Positions 1-10,045 of a DNA stretch of 50,685 nucleotides are shown piece by piece (position 1 is the stretch's first letter; each line of letters starts with the position of its first letter). Source of the stretch: a virus (Duplodnaviria > Caudoviricetes); IMG/VR virus record IMGVR_UViG_3300033067_002100, positions 1 through 50,685 of that record; one strand, 5' to 3'. The position numbers and the translations under genes are program-made. Below the pieces are notes generated by a model. It did no database searches and was not told the origin of the DNA. It saw only the letters and a program-made list of their open reading frames with translations.

Positions 1-78
1 CTCCTAATTGTCTGTATTAGTCCCTCCACAAAAGCCCCACCCCCAAGCCATACCCCGCGGTCTCTATTTGGAGGCCAG

Positions 79-326
79 ATGAGTGCAGTTGCCTGAAAAA
101 GCTTACTGAAAAAGATCTCGACGAAGTTACAGACCTGATTGCCGCCGTGCAGCACGCAGTAAACGACGAAACCATCTCCTTCTTAGTTGCAGACTTCGAT
201 GAATCACTAAACGAATACTTACTGCGCTTCAGCGTAGGCGACTCGACCCACGAGGCGTGGTTCTCCGACGCCTTCATTGCCGAATGTTTCGGCCCCATCA
301 CCCCACCCCGGTTTCTCGTAGCATGA
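79..326 (+). pseudogene. Probable small gene with a frameshift near its 5' end
   Basis: GGAGG precedes ATG79 (MSAVA-stop at 94-96). The -1 frame is open from 93 to TGA326 (LKKLTEKDLDEVTDL...) and ends in an ATGA overlap with the next gene. Confidence 0.35.
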
Positions 327-676
327 CAACACGTAGAGATTTGATGACACGGCTCGCACTGCAGAGCGTAGAAGATTTGTGGGAGCTCGAGATACTCGCA
401 GTCTACGAAATCTGGCTCAAACAAATAGAGGCGACGGCATCGGCTGGAGTGTTTCAGCGGCTATTGAAGCTACCCAGCAAGGCGAGTCCGAAAGCGTCGC
501 CGTGGAGCGAGCCACCCCAGGATGTCCTTTACTGGATAACCGGAAGCCCTCAGTTAAAGCAGTTCCTCACGATTCTCGCGCGACTCCTCGAGCAGGACGG
601 TTTCGATGTCCGCGCAATCAACACTGACCATGCATTCGTCACTGTAAGTTGGACTCCAACAAAAACTTTATCGTAG
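323..676 (+). CDS. Hypothetical protein
   Basis: Track ORF 257..676; ATG323 preferred because of the ATGA overlap with the upstream frame. Confidence 0.6.
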   Translation: MTTRRDLMTRLALQSVEDLWELEILAVYEIWLKQIEATASAGVFQRLLKLPSKASPKASPWSEPPQDVLYWITGSPQLKQFLTILARLLEQDGFDVRAINTDHAFVTVSWTPTKTLS

Positions 677-681
677 CGAAT

Positions 682-719
682 TTGACTAATCTTTTATAAT
701 ATTATATTAAAATAGATCC
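682..719 (+). promoter_or_regulatory. AT-rich sigma70-like promoter, leaderless geometry
   Basis: TAAAAT at 708-713, 6 nt, then ATG720; TTGACT at 682-687; no SD. Confidence 0.55.
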
Positions 720-1427
720 ATGGCTAGTAATTCTCGGACTTACGCCGTGGTTCTGGGTGACACACACCATCCCTTCAGCTGTCACCGTTCTCTCACAAAA
801 GCATATGCGCTGATTGAGAAGCTGCAGCCGCAGTTTGTGGTGCAGGTCGGCGACGTATACGACCTCTACTCATTTTCCCGGTACGGAAAATCGCTCAATC
901 ACACCACGCCCGCCTCCGAGGTGCACAAAGCGCGCAAGGCAGCGGAGCGGATGTGGGCAACCATCAAGAAAGCGTCTCCCAAGTCTAAGCTTCATCAGAT
1001 GCTTGGGAATCACGACGCGCGGCTCTACAAAAAAATCGAAGAGAAGCTGCCGGAAATGGTGGGCCTTCTGGGGTGGGACGACCTCTTCACGTTTGACGGC
1101 GTCACCACTGCCAAGTCAGACCGCGACATTCTCAAGCTGAACCTCGGCGGAAAAAAGGTCTACTTTCACCACGGCTTCCTTTCTAAGCCCGGCGACCATC
1201 TCCGCTACTTCCAACAGAACACCGTCATAGGACACAGCCACCGCGGCCATGTTCTGTACGACACGACTCACGACAAGATGCTCTTTGAGGCCAACGCCGG
1301 CTACCTCGGCGACCCGCGCTCGCACGTCTTCAAGTATGGGGCAGTCGCCGGCAAGAACAAATGGACCCGCGGCTGCCTCGTAATTGATGAACTTGGTCCG
1401 CGATTCACAAGCTTCGAGGCTCAGTAA
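720..1427 (+). CDS. Calcineurin-like metallophosphoesterase
   Basis: Motifs GDTH, GDVYD, GNHD, HHG and GHSH in canonical order. Confidence 0.9.
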   Translation: MASNSRTYAVVLGDTHHPFSCHRSLTKAYALIEKLQPQFVVQVGDVYDLYSFSRYGKSLNHTTPASEVHKARKAAERMWATIKKASPKSKLHQMLGNHDARLYKKIEEKLPEMVGLLGWDDLFTFDGVTTAKSDRDILKLNLGGKKVYFHHGFLSKPGDHLRYFQQNTVIGHSHRGHVLYDTTHDKMLFEANAGYLGDPRSHVFKYGAVAGKNKWTRGCLVIDELGPRFTSFEAQ

Positions 1428-1430
1428 CCT

Positions 1431-1667
1431 ATGTATGACGATTACATTGGTCACTGGGTAAGCGTTGAGACGTCGAACAGCGACAAGCCGGTAGAAGGCT
1501 TGTTGAACCGTTACGACATGTCCTCACGCTCGCTTCATCTCACCTCTAATTGTCCTGACTGCGACCACTTCGTCGCGATCAAAGAACAGTACGTGGTGGT
1601 CATCGTTCGATTTCAGTCCAAGCTCCCACAAAATTTAGACGAGAAGGGCAGTCACTATGGCAACTGA
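1431..1667 (+). CDS. Small protein, possible Sm/LSm/Hfq-like fold
   Basis: IGHWVSVETSNSDKPVEGLLNRYDMSSRSLHL resembles the Sm1 motif. Confidence 0.45.
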   Translation: MYDDYIGHWVSVETSNSDKPVEGLLNRYDMSSRSLHLTSNCPDCDHFVAIKEQYVVVIVRFQSKLPQNLDEKGSHYGN

Positions 1668-2013
1668 TAAAGAAACCATTCGGCAACGCATCAAGGGCAC
1701 GCTCGACCGGCTAAACATGCATGGCGTGATCGCATCAGTGAGCGATGTCACAATCGCGCTGCACAGAATCCGCGAAGAAAAAGTCGCCTCTGCTTTTCGC
1801 ACGCTGTTCATTGACCTCTCCCTAGAGGAGATCGTCGTAGCACAATCCGTTTTGGACGAGATGTTTCCCAAGCCAGTGAGAAAAGAGCTGGATTCACCAG
1901 ACACCTTCTCATTCAAAGCAGCTGGACCCGCACTATCCTCTACAGCGGCCTTTCCCGCGCCTCCACCACCGGTCCCCGTGAATAAAGTCCCTGTCCAGGT
2001 GAAGAAAAAATGA
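1657..2013 (+). CDS. Hypothetical protein
   Basis: Overlapping gene chain; Pro-rich C-terminus. Confidence 0.6.
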   Translation: MATDKETIRQRIKGTLDRLNMHGVIASVSDVTIALHRIREEKVASAFRTLFIDLSLEEIVVAQSVLDEMFPKPVRKELDSPDTFSFKAAGPALSSTAAFPAPPPPVPVNKVPVQVKKK

Positions 2014-2279
2014 ACGTAACACTCACAAAGCTTGACTCGACGCACACCAATCTTCGTACCGAAACAGTTGTGGGCGAGGCCGCCTTATTGCCTGAGGTAG
2101 GGCATCCATTCTTCATGACGTCCGAATCGCTGACCGACAAGGAAGCCGTCCGGTACATACGCACAACTCCGGTGGTTCTCGTAAATCAGAACAATGGTGT
2201 GATTGAGTTCAGTACGCTCAACTCCAACTATTCGCTGACAGTACACCCGCGCCCCGAATTTACGATTCACAAAGCATGA
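2010..2279 (+). CDS. Hypothetical protein
   Basis: ATGA overlap with the previous gene. Confidence 0.65.
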   Translation: MNVTLTKLDSTHTNLRTETVVGEAALLPEVGHPFFMTSESLTDKEAVRYIRTTPVVLVNQNNGVIEFSTLNSNYSLTVHPRPEFTIHKA

Positions 2280-2383
2280 ATCAACTTCCTGTGTGATCGC
2301 CTCCCATGAACGAGTCCTGTGAGTGCGGAGCGCCCGGCACGTGGGAAACGTTCGAATAGCCCAGCCCAGAATTCATAAGGGAT

Positions 2384-2851
2384 ATGGGCAAGTTAGCCAG
2401 AATCCCTGACGACGTCCGCGCCAAAGCACGTGAAATGTACATGGCCCACGTGCACATGAACGAGATCGCGTCTCAACTGAAGATCTCGACGGGCGTACTT
2501 TCCAAGTGGCGTGCCGAGGAGAACTGGGCTCTTGAACGCACATCTGCCGACGAGGGTTTCCTAGACGACATCGTTCAACACCGGAAAGTTCGTCTCGCTC
2601 GCCTTGCTGAAATGTCCGTGGACCAACTCGAGCGCGGCCTCCACTACCTAAAGCAACGCGTAGAGCCGCTCACCCTCCCCGAAATGGAAAAGCTCACCGT
2701 TGTTCTTTCCAACCTCGATAAGATCGGACGTCTCGACGCGAACAAGGCCACCGAGAATGTCGCCGTTAAGCTCGATGTTTCCGGCCAACTTACGGTTGAG
2801 CGCATTCGCGACATCGTAACCAACGACCCCTTCTTTGCTCCTGACGCATGA
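2384..2851 (+). CDS. terS: Terminase small subunit
   Basis: N-terminal HTH (MNEIASQLKISTGVLSKW), helical body, ATGA-coupled to TerL. Confidence 0.75.
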   Translation: MGKLARIPDDVRAKAREMYMAHVHMNEIASQLKISTGVLSKWRAEENWALERTSADEGFLDDIVQHRKVRLARLAEMSVDQLERGLHYLKQRVEPLTLPEMEKLTVVLSNLDKIGRLDANKATENVAVKLDVSGQLTVERIRDIVTNDPFFAPDA

Positions 2852-4281
2852 GTGTTGCCGACCTAGAGCCGTTCGCGAAAGCGATTGAGGCACTCAACAA
2901 ACTTTGGACACCGCATCCCAAACAGATACCGGTGGGCAAGGCGATCTTCCGCGATGGCGTGAAGCGCGTATTCCTCAACCAAGGTCGACGCTTCGGTAAG
3001 TCGAACCTCATCGCAAACATCGTTGTTCGCACAGCACTCGCAAAGCCCTACTCGGCGTGCGTCATTCTCTGTCCAACAATCAAAGCAGCAAAAAAGATCT
3101 ATTGGATTAGCGGAATTCTGAAACGGATGGTTCCGCAGGAGTTCGTCGAAAACATCAATCAGACAGAGCTTCGAATCATCTTCAAGAACGGCTCGTACAT
3201 CGAGGTAACTGGTGCCGATGATCCTGATTCTCTTCGGGGTACCGGCATAGCAATCTACGCAGTCGACGAAGCCAAGGACCACAAACCTGACGTTCTGAAC
3301 ACCATCACCCCCGGTCTCATTGATAACAACGGTATATTGGTTGTTGGAGGGACGCCTCCTGGTATCGGGGGCAAGCACCATTTTTGGGACTGGGTGGAGC
3401 AAGCGAAGACCGATCCGAAATGGCGGTACTTCCAAGCTACTAGTTACGACAATCCACATCTAGACCCCAAGCTCATTGACGAAGAAAGAGCTGCGCATAT
3501 CAAACGCGGCGAGGAAGACGTTTTCACCCGCGAGTACATGGCGACTCCCGCGATGGGTGTGAAGACCGCTGTGTACGGGATGTTCAACAGAGCACAGCAC
3601 CTTCACCCATTCGAAGTGTTGCTATCCAGGGTGCGCCGCAGGGAATCCCACTGGACATTCATGTGCGCGATGGATCCCGGCTCTGCATCAGTGTTTGCAG
3701 TGCTTCTCGGCGCAGTGAACAACCACACGGGAGAAGTGGTTCTACTCAATGAACTCTATGCGGACCGCGTCATGGAAACATCCATAGGGACGGTATGGCC
3801 CAAGGTTCAGAAGATGATGGATGAGATCTACCAGCCTGATCCTCACGACGAACAACAATGGTCCGTAGTGTACGACGAAGCCGCGAAGTGGGCCCAGGTT
3901 GAACTGCAAGATGTGTTTGACGTCAACGCATTCCCAACCCAAAAAGCTCTCAATCGAAAAAGCTTCGGGGTTTCGATTCTTAAGGACTTATATCTTAACA
4001 ACAAGATCGCCATCAGCGATCGTTGCGTGAAGTTCGTTGAGGAGACCGAAGGTTATCAAACGGACAAGAACGGCAACTTCATTAAAGAGGCCGATCACCT
4101 TTTGGATGCCGCGCGGTACCTGATTCATGGCGCGCACTATACTGCCAGACCTTCGACCCCACCCCCGGACCCAGAAGATATTCCCGCAGACGAACGGCGC
4201 CGCGCCTTTACTCCAGCGCAGGACATGCTTGAGATTTTCGGCCAATCTCCAGTCTACCTCAGTGAGCTCGACGACTACTAA
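2848..4281 (+). CDS. terL: Terminase large subunit
   Basis: PHPKQ adenine motif, Walker A GRRFGKS, Walker B YAVDEA, coupling motif GGTP, nuclease DPG...DHLLDAARY. Confidence 0.95.
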   Translation: MSVADLEPFAKAIEALNKLWTPHPKQIPVGKAIFRDGVKRVFLNQGRRFGKSNLIANIVVRTALAKPYSACVILCPTIKAAKKIYWISGILKRMVPQEFVENINQTELRIIFKNGSYIEVTGADDPDSLRGTGIAIYAVDEAKDHKPDVLNTITPGLIDNNGILVVGGTPPGIGGKHHFWDWVEQAKTDPKWRYFQATSYDNPHLDPKLIDEERAAHIKRGEEDVFTREYMATPAMGVKTAVYGMFNRAQHLHPFEVLLSRVRRRESHWTFMCAMDPGSASVFAVLLGAVNNHTGEVVLLNELYADRVMETSIGTVWPKVQKMMDEIYQPDPHDEQQWSVVYDEAAKWAQVELQDVFDVNAFPTQKALNRKSFGVSILKDLYLNNKIAISDRCVKFVEETEGYQTDKNGNFIKEADHLLDAARYLIHGAHYTARPSTPPPDPEDIPADERRRAFTPAQDMLEIFGQSPVYLSELDDY

Positions 4282-4307
4282 GCGCTACCAAAATTCATAA
4301 CCTATGA

Positions 4308-4625
4308 ATGGTAGCTGCACTAGCCGTCTCGGCCTTTGTCTTCGCATTTCTCGCATTTCTTATGGCTGGAGGAACGCTAGTTTACGTTCTAGCTCGGCGC
4401 TTTAGTACGCACGAAGTTCGCTACGGCAATGCGGAAGCTGAAACCCGCTACGAGTACGACCTCCCACCTCAATGGACCGATCGTGATGATGCCGGTGGTC
4501 CTGGCGACATCCGCCCACAGTCCCAACCTACAGTCTCTTTCACTCAATCCGAAATCGAGAAGCGCCAACGCTTAGCCGAAATGGAAGCGGCTCTCGAAGC
4601 ACGTCTCGCCAGCGAAGATTTCTAG
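4308..4625 (+). CDS. Small membrane-anchored protein between TerL and portal
   Basis: N-terminal hydrophobic helix followed by an acidic/coiled C-terminus. Confidence 0.65.
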   Translation: MVAALAVSAFVFAFLAFLMAGGTLVYVLARRFSTHEVRYGNAEAETRYEYDLPPQWTDRDDAGGPGDIRPQSQPTVSFTQSEIEKRQRLAEMEAALEARLASEDF

Positions 4626-4637
4626 GAGTTCCCTTAA

Positions 4638-6977
4638 ATGTCACGCACCAGCGCTTTCGATAGCGCCGACGAAGAGTCCTTTAAAGAAGGGCGAATTCGC
4701 CCGCTGTTCACTGTAGAAAACCTAGACGACGAAGAAGAGATTCTGAAGTGGGTAAATGACACCTACATGACAGAGCTAAAGCGCATCCTGCCCTACCGCG
4801 AGCAGGCTTTGCGTCACATCGCTCTCTACAAAAACCGATGGTACAGCGCCGACAACAACCAAAGCAGCGGTAACCGGTCTGGATTTGCGGAAGCAAGCAC
4901 AGTCGGCCTCGGAATCACCCCTACCCGGCCATCGAAGCTCACAACTAACCATCTCTTCGACTTGGTAAACCAGCGCGTGGCCAAGGTGTTGCGTACACCA
5001 GCTGGAGTAGAAATCGCGCCAGCGAACGCTGAATATCGTGACCGCATCTCCGCAAAAGTTGTCGGTATGTGGATCAAGTACCTGTTCTATAAGAACGACT
5101 TCGATGTGATTCGCGCCAAGGTTTCCAAAGGCGCATTCACAATGGGCGAGTCCTATATCTGGGTGCGTTGGAACCCCAATCTGGGTACGGTCCACACCGA
5201 CTGGGTTGCAGAAGAAGCAAGCGCAAGAGCGGAAGGCCGCCCACCGCGGCTGCCAATTCGCGACGACAAAGGTGAACCGGTCGTTGGGCAGGACGGAGAA
5301 CAGCTTTGGATTGAACGGCCGCTCAAGACTGGCGAAGTCGAGCTGGTCTACTGCTCACCACTTAACACCATCGCTCAATTCACCGGCGACTTCGATAAAG
5401 CAGAATACTTCTTCTACGAAGAATTCCAGGACGTCGATGAGCTCAAGGCATTATATCCAAATCAAGCCGACAAGATCGTAGCTGACAGTACAGATAGCGA
5501 CGACGCACTAGCTAAATGGCGAAACATGGCCGGCACACTCAACGGCCCACAGCAAGGCAAAGTACTTGTTCGCTATTTCCGGCACAAACCCACTGACTTC
5601 CTAGCGAGCGGTCGCTGGATTGTTTCCACACGCACCGCAGTTTTGGTGAACAAGAAGCTTCAGCCGCACGAAGAAGGTCTTCATCTCATTCGTCTCACGG
5701 ATATCGACAATCCGGATGAGCAACGCGGGCAATCCTTCTTTATCCAAGGCAAGCAGCTTAACGCCGCAATCAATGACCTGACATCGATGTCGATGCGCAA
5801 TCAAAAGATGATGGCGCATCCCAAGTGGATCCTCCCGAAGGGCTCGGTCGTAAAGAAGGATGCACTCGGCAACGACATCACTATGGTCGAGTTCTCTGGC
5901 CCACAGGCCCCGCAGATTATGACGCCGCCGCCAATGAACGGAGAGAACATGGCGGTGAAGGGTGACCTGAAGAATGACCTTCAGCAGATCCTAGGTTCCT
6001 CGGGTAGTGACCGAGGTCAGATTCCAGCCAACATTCGCAGCGCAACTGCCCTACAGGCTCTCCAGGAGCAGGACGACATGCGTTCCAGTGCGCAGAACCT
6101 GAAACAAGCCACACTTGTCAGGGACGTTGTTGAGGCAGCAATCAATCTCGCGGCTGCGTACTACGAGAAAGACGACAAGCGGTTGATTCCCGTCGTTGGC
6201 CGAGACAACCGGTACCTCCTCAAGGAGTTCGATCCCGAACAGCTTACCCGCGGCTACGATGTTCGCGTGATGAACGACAATGGACTGCCGACGTCTAAGG
6301 CCGTTCGTTTCGACATGGCCATGCAGCTTCGCGAAACCATGCCAAACTACATGACCGAAGAACGCCTAGCGGACTTTATGCAGTGGGGAGATAGCACGAA
6401 GATTCTCGACGCTGCGACACTCGCTCAAAGAGCCGCAGAAGCCGAAAACGAGGCGATGCTTTCTATGGAGCAGATAAGTGAGCCCGCTTCATATGAGAAT
6501 TGCATCGTGCATTGGACGTCGCACGTTAAGGAAGTTCAGGACCATGGGTTCAAGCTTGATGTTCCTTCGGATGTGCAGAACACAATGATTGGTCACATCA
6601 TGGCGACTGAAATGCTCATGATGGAAGCAGCGCTGCGCAATCCACGTTACGCCGTTGAGCTAGTAAAAATCGCCCAGTGGCCAATGTTCTACTGTCCTTC
6701 AGCGCAAGAATTTATGGTTCTTGATGCAGCGCGCACGGGCAACCCGCTCACACTTCAGCAAGTGCAGGCGCTTTTAGACCCAATGCAAACGCAACTCCCT
6801 CCGCCAATGCCAGCCGGCCAAGCTCCGGGTGCTGGACCCCAGGGCGGCGTCAATCCGGAAACCAACGGCATTCAAGGCATGGGTGGCAACAACCCGGTGA
6901 ACACCGACGTGACGAGTGCTCAGAGTCCGAATGTTCTAGAACCGCCCCCACAAAACAAAGCCCCGCCAGCTGCATAA
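4638..6977 (+). CDS. Portal protein (P22-like)
   Basis: 779 aa after TerL; INDLTS...HPKWILPKGS, RG...SATALQALQEQ segments and a Pro/Gln-rich tail typical of P22-like portals. Confidence 0.85.
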   Translation: MSRTSAFDSADEESFKEGRIRPLFTVENLDDEEEILKWVNDTYMTELKRILPYREQALRHIALYKNRWYSADNNQSSGNRSGFAEASTVGLGITPTRPSKLTTNHLFDLVNQRVAKVLRTPAGVEIAPANAEYRDRISAKVVGMWIKYLFYKNDFDVIRAKVSKGAFTMGESYIWVRWNPNLGTVHTDWVAEEASARAEGRPPRLPIRDDKGEPVVGQDGEQLWIERPLKTGEVELVYCSPLNTIAQFTGDFDKAEYFFYEEFQDVDELKALYPNQADKIVADSTDSDDALAKWRNMAGTLNGPQQGKVLVRYFRHKPTDFLASGRWIVSTRTAVLVNKKLQPHEEGLHLIRLTDIDNPDEQRGQSFFIQGKQLNAAINDLTSMSMRNQKMMAHPKWILPKGSVVKKDALGNDITMVEFSGPQAPQIMTPPPMNGENMAVKGDLKNDLQQILGSSGSDRGQIPANIRSATALQALQEQDDMRSSAQNLKQATLVRDVVEAAINLAAAYYEKDDKRLIPVVGRDNRYLLKEFDPEQLTRGYDVRVMNDNGLPTSKAVRFDMAMQLRETMPNYMTEERLADFMQWGDSTKILDAATLAQRAAEAENEAMLSMEQISEPASYENCIVHWTSHVKEVQDHGFKLDVPSDVQNTMIGHIMATEMLMMEAALRNPRYAVELVKIAQWPMFYCPSAQEFMVLDAARTGNPLTLQQVQALLDPMQTQLPPPMPAGQAPGAGPQGGVNPETNGIQGMGGNNPVNTDVTSAQSPNVLEPPPQNKAPPAA

Positions 6978-7056
6978 CGAATCGCAACTCCAAAAAAATT
7001 AAATAGTTAGTGGACCCCAATTCTCTGGGTAACTCCTAAAAATACAAGAGTTGTAG

Positions 7057-8256
7057 ATGGCTAGTGTTGATGAAATTTTCGGGGACGATGAATCACCTGT
7101 TGCAGAGGTTGTCGAGGCTATAGACCCGACTGCAGCGTCCTCAGATGCAGACGATGCTTCGGTAGCCGCGGGTAGCGAAGAAACCGCAGACAATACACCC
7201 GCGGTTACCGAGTCTGCTGAAAACGAAGAGACGGTCGAGGAAAAAGCTCCCGTTGTTGCGCCGACTGTTCAAGCCAAGAAGGTGACTTTTAAGGTCGGGG
7301 ACCAAGATGTCCCTTTGGATGAAGACGCAAAGTTTAACTGGAAGGTTGACGGCAAAAAAGAAGAGATCACGCTCAAAGACCTGATCACAAACTACGCCGG
7401 AAAGATTCCCGTTGAGCGCCGATTCGCTGAACTAGATAAAGTTCGCAAAGAAGACGCGCAACGCATTCAGCAATTTGAGACAACGAAGGCCAGACAAGCC
7501 CAACTGATTTCGGACATGCATTCGCGTGTTCAGAAAGGCGACATGTTTGGCGCAGTTGCCAGCATGCTCGAAATGTCGGGCTCTAAGGCTGATCCCCGTC
7601 AGTTCGTAAATGAATTGCGGAATAGCATGATTGAACAAGCGCAAAAGTTGGCCACATTGAGCGAGGCCGAACGCACTGTTTTAGATGAAAGAGAACAAAG
7701 GGAGTATCTGCAAGCTCGTTACGACCGTCTGCTGCAACAGCAAGATCAAGAGAAAGCCCAAATGGCTCATCGAGATCGAGTCTCTGCGGCGATGCAAAGC
7801 GTTAACGCTACGCTCGAAGAGTACGCCTCTAATAAAGCCGAACTGGAGAAGGCATACCGCGAACGAAATTGGAACGTCGCGGATGTTACTCCGGAGAAGG
7901 TTGCAAGTTACATCAAGGATCTTCGTGATTACGGAACTGTCCGTGAAGCGATGATCGAAGTGGATCCAGAGCTCGCTAACAACGACAAACTTTGGGAACA
8001 CGGCGTCTATCTGCTTCGCCAAAACAGCGACTGGACGAAGGAAGATCTCCGAGATGTGTTCAAAGAAGCCGCCGCACAGAAGCGCGGCAAGTCAGTAGGT
8101 CAAAAAGTAGCCAAGGCTCCAGTTGCCACGGTTGCCGCTGCTGCCGCGAAAGCGAAAACAGCCCCGGTCTCCGACAAACAGAAGCAAAAACAGCTTCTAC
8201 TGCAACAAAGACCTGAGTCTTACGGCTCTTTCGATGAGTCCGATCTGAACTGGTAA
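7057..8256 (+). CDS. Capsid scaffolding protein
   Basis: Acidic disordered N-terminus, KVDGKKEEITLKDL motif, coiled coil; lies between portal and capsid. Confidence 0.8.
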   Translation: MASVDEIFGDDESPVAEVVEAIDPTAASSDADDASVAAGSEETADNTPAVTESAENEETVEEKAPVVAPTVQAKKVTFKVGDQDVPLDEDAKFNWKVDGKKEEITLKDLITNYAGKIPVERRFAELDKVRKEDAQRIQQFETTKARQAQLISDMHSRVQKGDMFGAVASMLEMSGSKADPRQFVNELRNSMIEQAQKLATLSEAERTVLDEREQREYLQARYDRLLQQQDQEKAQMAHRDRVSAAMQSVNATLEEYASNKAELEKAYRERNWNVADVTPEKVASYIKDLRDYGTVREAMIEVDPELANNDKLWEHGVYLLRQNSDWTKEDLRDVFKEAAAQKRGKSVGQKVAKAPVATVAAAAAKAKTAPVSDKQKQKQLLLQQRPESYGSFDESDLNW

Positions 8257-8349
8257 TTCGTCCTTAGTCCAACCAATTCCAAAAATCACAATCTCTAAGG
8301 CGGGCCCTCGTGCGCCCAGCCGCTCCCCAAACTCAGGAAATTCGCAGCA

Positions 8350-9573
8350 ATGGCAGATGTAACAGCGTCCCTAACTACCCTCTCTAACCTTTTCAAAATC
8401 AAATACGGCAAAAAATCCTACGCCGTTTTCAACACGTCAACTCCGCTCTGGAGTCGCGTGAAGAAAGAACACGGGATGTTCAAGGGCAAGAGCTTGTCGC
8501 TCGAAGCCGTCTTGGGCTTCACCGGTTCTGTCGGTTCCGGAACGCTCCCGGAAACCAACGTGTTCGTGGACGTTAATGCGTCACTTACCCGTAAGAAACT
8601 CTACGCCCGCGTGTTGCTCGACCGCGAAGCAATGATCGCGTCCCAAGGCATCGAGAACGCCTTTGAGCAAGTCACCAAACGCCAAATCAAGAAAGGCGTT
8701 GAGTCGTTCATGCGCAACTTGGAACGCCAGTTGTTCGCATTTGAGAACGGCAAGCTATTTGAAGGTGACAACGCGACCAACGTGACCGGTTCAGCTGGTG
8801 TTTCATACGTTGTAACCGGGCTGGCTTCCACCTGGGTGGACGGCTTCGTTGAGGTCGGTGACTCGGTGCAAGTCGCCGCGGAAACCACAGTCCTTAAGAT
8901 CAGCGCAGTTAACCGTTCTACTCGTGCCGTTACTCTTTTGGGTACGTCCGCAACGTTGACCGCCGCAATCGGTGCCCCAACCACCGCGAAAGTCTACATC
9001 CAAGGCTGCAACAGCTCGACATCAAGCGACATCCAATCGATCCTGGCGGTGGCCAAAGCGACCTCTGGCAGCTTGTACGGTGTTACGGTTGGCGATCGTT
9101 GGCAGTCGCAGCAAATCAACGCGAACAGCGCAGGTCTGACCACCGACTTGATCAATCAATTGATCACGCAGGTTGAGCAGTACTCGGGCGAGTCGCCAGA
9201 CATGATCGTCACGTCCTACAAGCAGTACCGCAAACTGCAGGACCTCCTTGGCGACAAGCTCCAATACATGGACGTCACCAACCGCGAGAAGATGTTCAAC
9301 AAGGCGATGTTCAACTTCCAGGGCATCCAATGGAACACCACGAGCGGCGTGATTCCAGTTGTCACCTCGAAGATGTGTCCAGACGACCACATGTTCGCAT
9401 TGAACACGGACAACATCGGGTTCTACTCCGCGGAAGCTCCTAAATGGGCGGACGAAGATGGAACCGTGTTGCTGCGCTCGAGCTCTGCTGACTCCTACGA
9501 AGCTCGGTACATCTGCTACGGCGAACTGTTTGTGCATCCCAATGCGCAAGGCGTTCTCTACGGCCTGGCGTAA
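8350..9573 (+). CDS. Major capsid protein
   Basis: 407 aa after the scaffold; AGGA SD; biased codon usage; HK97-type C-terminus (PDMIVTS...YGELFVHPNAQGVL). Confidence 0.85.
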   Translation: MADVTASLTTLSNLFKIKYGKKSYAVFNTSTPLWSRVKKEHGMFKGKSLSLEAVLGFTGSVGSGTLPETNVFVDVNASLTRKKLYARVLLDREAMIASQGIENAFEQVTKRQIKKGVESFMRNLERQLFAFENGKLFEGDNATNVTGSAGVSYVVTGLASTWVDGFVEVGDSVQVAAETTVLKISAVNRSTRAVTLLGTSATLTAAIGAPTTAKVYIQGCNSSTSSDIQSILAVAKATSGSLYGVTVGDRWQSQQINANSAGLTTDLINQLITQVEQYSGESPDMIVTSYKQYRKLQDLLGDKLQYMDVTNREKMFNKAMFNFQGIQWNTTSGVIPVVTSKMCPDDHMFALNTDNIGFYSAEAPKWADEDGTVLLRSSSADSYEARYICYGELFVHPNAQGVLYGLA

Positions 9574-9668
9574 CTCCTAGCCCCTCTTTCTCAGTGCGAG
9601 CTGGCTGGTCCAACCCCGGCTTCCGCACTGCCTCTCTCACTCACGCTCACACTCATCGGTGTATCCTA

Positions 9669-10031
9669 ATGCTAAATTCTATTAATTCGTCTCAGCGCAA
9701 AGTTCGCACTGAGTTCTTTCGCCTTGTCGTAGCAAGTCTCCCCGCAACAACTCCAGCGCAATCCTCTACTGGCTGTCCTGAAGGATCTTTTCGCTGCACG
9801 GTTGCAAAAACGGCGACGGGCGTCTTTGTCCTCAACTTCAACACACCTTTTTCGCGCATTCCAGTCGTGACCGCCAATGCACTATCTGCGTCCGGCAAGT
9901 TGTTCATGGTTGTTTCCGCAGCAGCGACGACGGGCATCACTCTCAAGTGTTTTGCTGATGATGGTACTGCAACAGATCCAACGGGCGTGCACATCACGGT
10001 AATCGGTTCTGACACCGCTGACCAAGTTTAG
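9669..10031 (+). CDS. Small beta-rich virion protein
   Basis: KTATGVFVLNFNTPFSRIPVVTA resembles fibre/H-type-lectin-like domains; ATG9669 preferred over GTG9594. Confidence 0.55.
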   Translation: MLNSINSSQRKVRTEFFRLVVASLPATTPAQSSTGCPEGSFRCTVAKTATGVFVLNFNTPFSRIPVVTANALSASGKLFMVVSAAATTGITLKCFADDGTATDPTGVHITVIGSDTADQV

Positions 10032-10045
10032 TCGGGAGTCGCAAA

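Noticed and set aside
9022-9549. 175-aa antisense ORF inside the capsid gene (similar ones at 2863..3459, 19656..20096, 22143..22946, 36013..36507)
   Set aside because: Mirror frames of codon-biased genes, with no start signals or recognisable motifs.
9574-9668. Possible capsid read-through or frameshift extension into ORF 9594..10031
   Set aside because: The capsid ends in TAA with no slippery heptamer; the downstream gene has its own ATG at 9669.
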